Shown: positions 63,462 through 64,000 of the stretch, one piece after another
How positions within the stretch are numbered: position 1 is the stretch's first letter
Layout of the letters: each line of letters starts with the position of its first letter
Assembly (NCBI GenBank): GCA_965287045.1
Contig: OZ336873.1
Span: forward strand, 40,920,001 to 40,984,000
Source: Carcharhinus amblyrhynchos
Taxonomy: Eukaryota
Direction: 5' to 3'
DNA length: 64,000 nt
Made by a program: the position numbers and the translations under genes
Notes under the pieces: model-generated
Database searches by the model: none
Told to the model about the DNA's origin: nothing
What the model saw: only the letters and a program-made list of their open reading frames with translations

Positions 63462-63824
63462 GTAAGACATGAATGAATATTTTAGTGCAATCATTTGCAA
63501 GAAAGGCGCGGAGCCGATTTTGGTTTTATTATTCATAAAGCACACAAAAGCCAAATAACACACGGATTTTCGTTTGGAATGTAATTTTCGTTACACGTGC
63601 AGTTCAGAGACGCTTTTAGAAATGCTATACTGCCAAATGTATTTAAAATATCATCTCCAAGTAACGCAATTTAAGCGGAATCAACAAATCAAATACATCT
63701 AATTTGGAATTCCTTTGAAGCAAACATCAACGTTTATTAGAATATGTTAAAGATGTTTGATTTTATTTCGCATTTTAGGACAGAATAAGTGTTTTTAAAT
63801 CTCTTTTTGAACTGATTCAAACAG

Positions 63825-64000
63825 GGAATCAGAAAACGAACATGGGAGAAATTGCCTGTGAAAGATTTGAGGAACAGGATCCCAGCAAAGAAAGTGGGCA
63901 GATCCTGAGCGACTCCGAGTTAAAAGACGCGGAGGAAAGAGAAAGCATTCACTCTCCTAAAGCCACGACTTCTTCCCTGGTTGTGCCTCGTGGAGCTGAG
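63825..64000 (+). CDS. irx5: Iroquois homeobox protein 5, exon 3 (partial, runs off the window)
   Basis: Acceptor ttcaaacag|GG in phase 1; GNQKTNMGEIACERFEEQDPSKESGQILSDSELKD parallels the IRX5 QK..CER..KE..LSDSDFKE segment; open to the window end. Confidence 0.9.

Noticed and set aside
1-64000. CRISPR arrays, rRNA, true tRNA genes or prokaryotic systems
   Set aside because: None seen; the sequence is vertebrate, and tRNA-like boxes belong to SINE heads.

Overview
Vertebrate genomic DNA, most likely from a shark or other chondrichthyan. This is inferred from the repeats: HE1-like V-SINEs, Deu-domain SINEs, many CR1 LINEs, Harbinger and Penelope remnants. The window ends inside the Iroquois homeobox gene irx5 (+ strand; exons 1-2 complete, exon 3 partial). 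The preceding ~62 kb is upstream gene desert, alternating between repeat-rich blocks and repeat-poor AT-rich blocks that look like conserved non-coding elements. The main lead is a second CpG-island promoter ~7.5 kb upstream of irx5, pointing away from it. It carries paired ZNF143/THAP11-type ACTACA-nn-TCCC motifs, CCAAT, GC, ETS and octamer sites. A chain of minus-strand exon-like segments follows it for ~45 kb, ending in a phase-compatible penultimate/terminal exon pair with a poly(A) signal. One internal segment resembles a decayed Sowah ankyrin region. The working hypothesis (unconfirmed, based on remembered consensus sequences) is a pseudogenising, intron-containing Sowah gene or lncRNA head-to-head with irx5, where mammals have the lncRNA CRNDE. 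Also notable: a two-gene Harbinger transposon interrupted by a Tx1-like LINE with a 17-bp TSD and a twin-priming-type 5' inversion, a Penelope-type hammerhead core, and a stop-generating alternative acceptor in irx5. Repeat boundaries are approximate unless a TSD or TIR is quoted.
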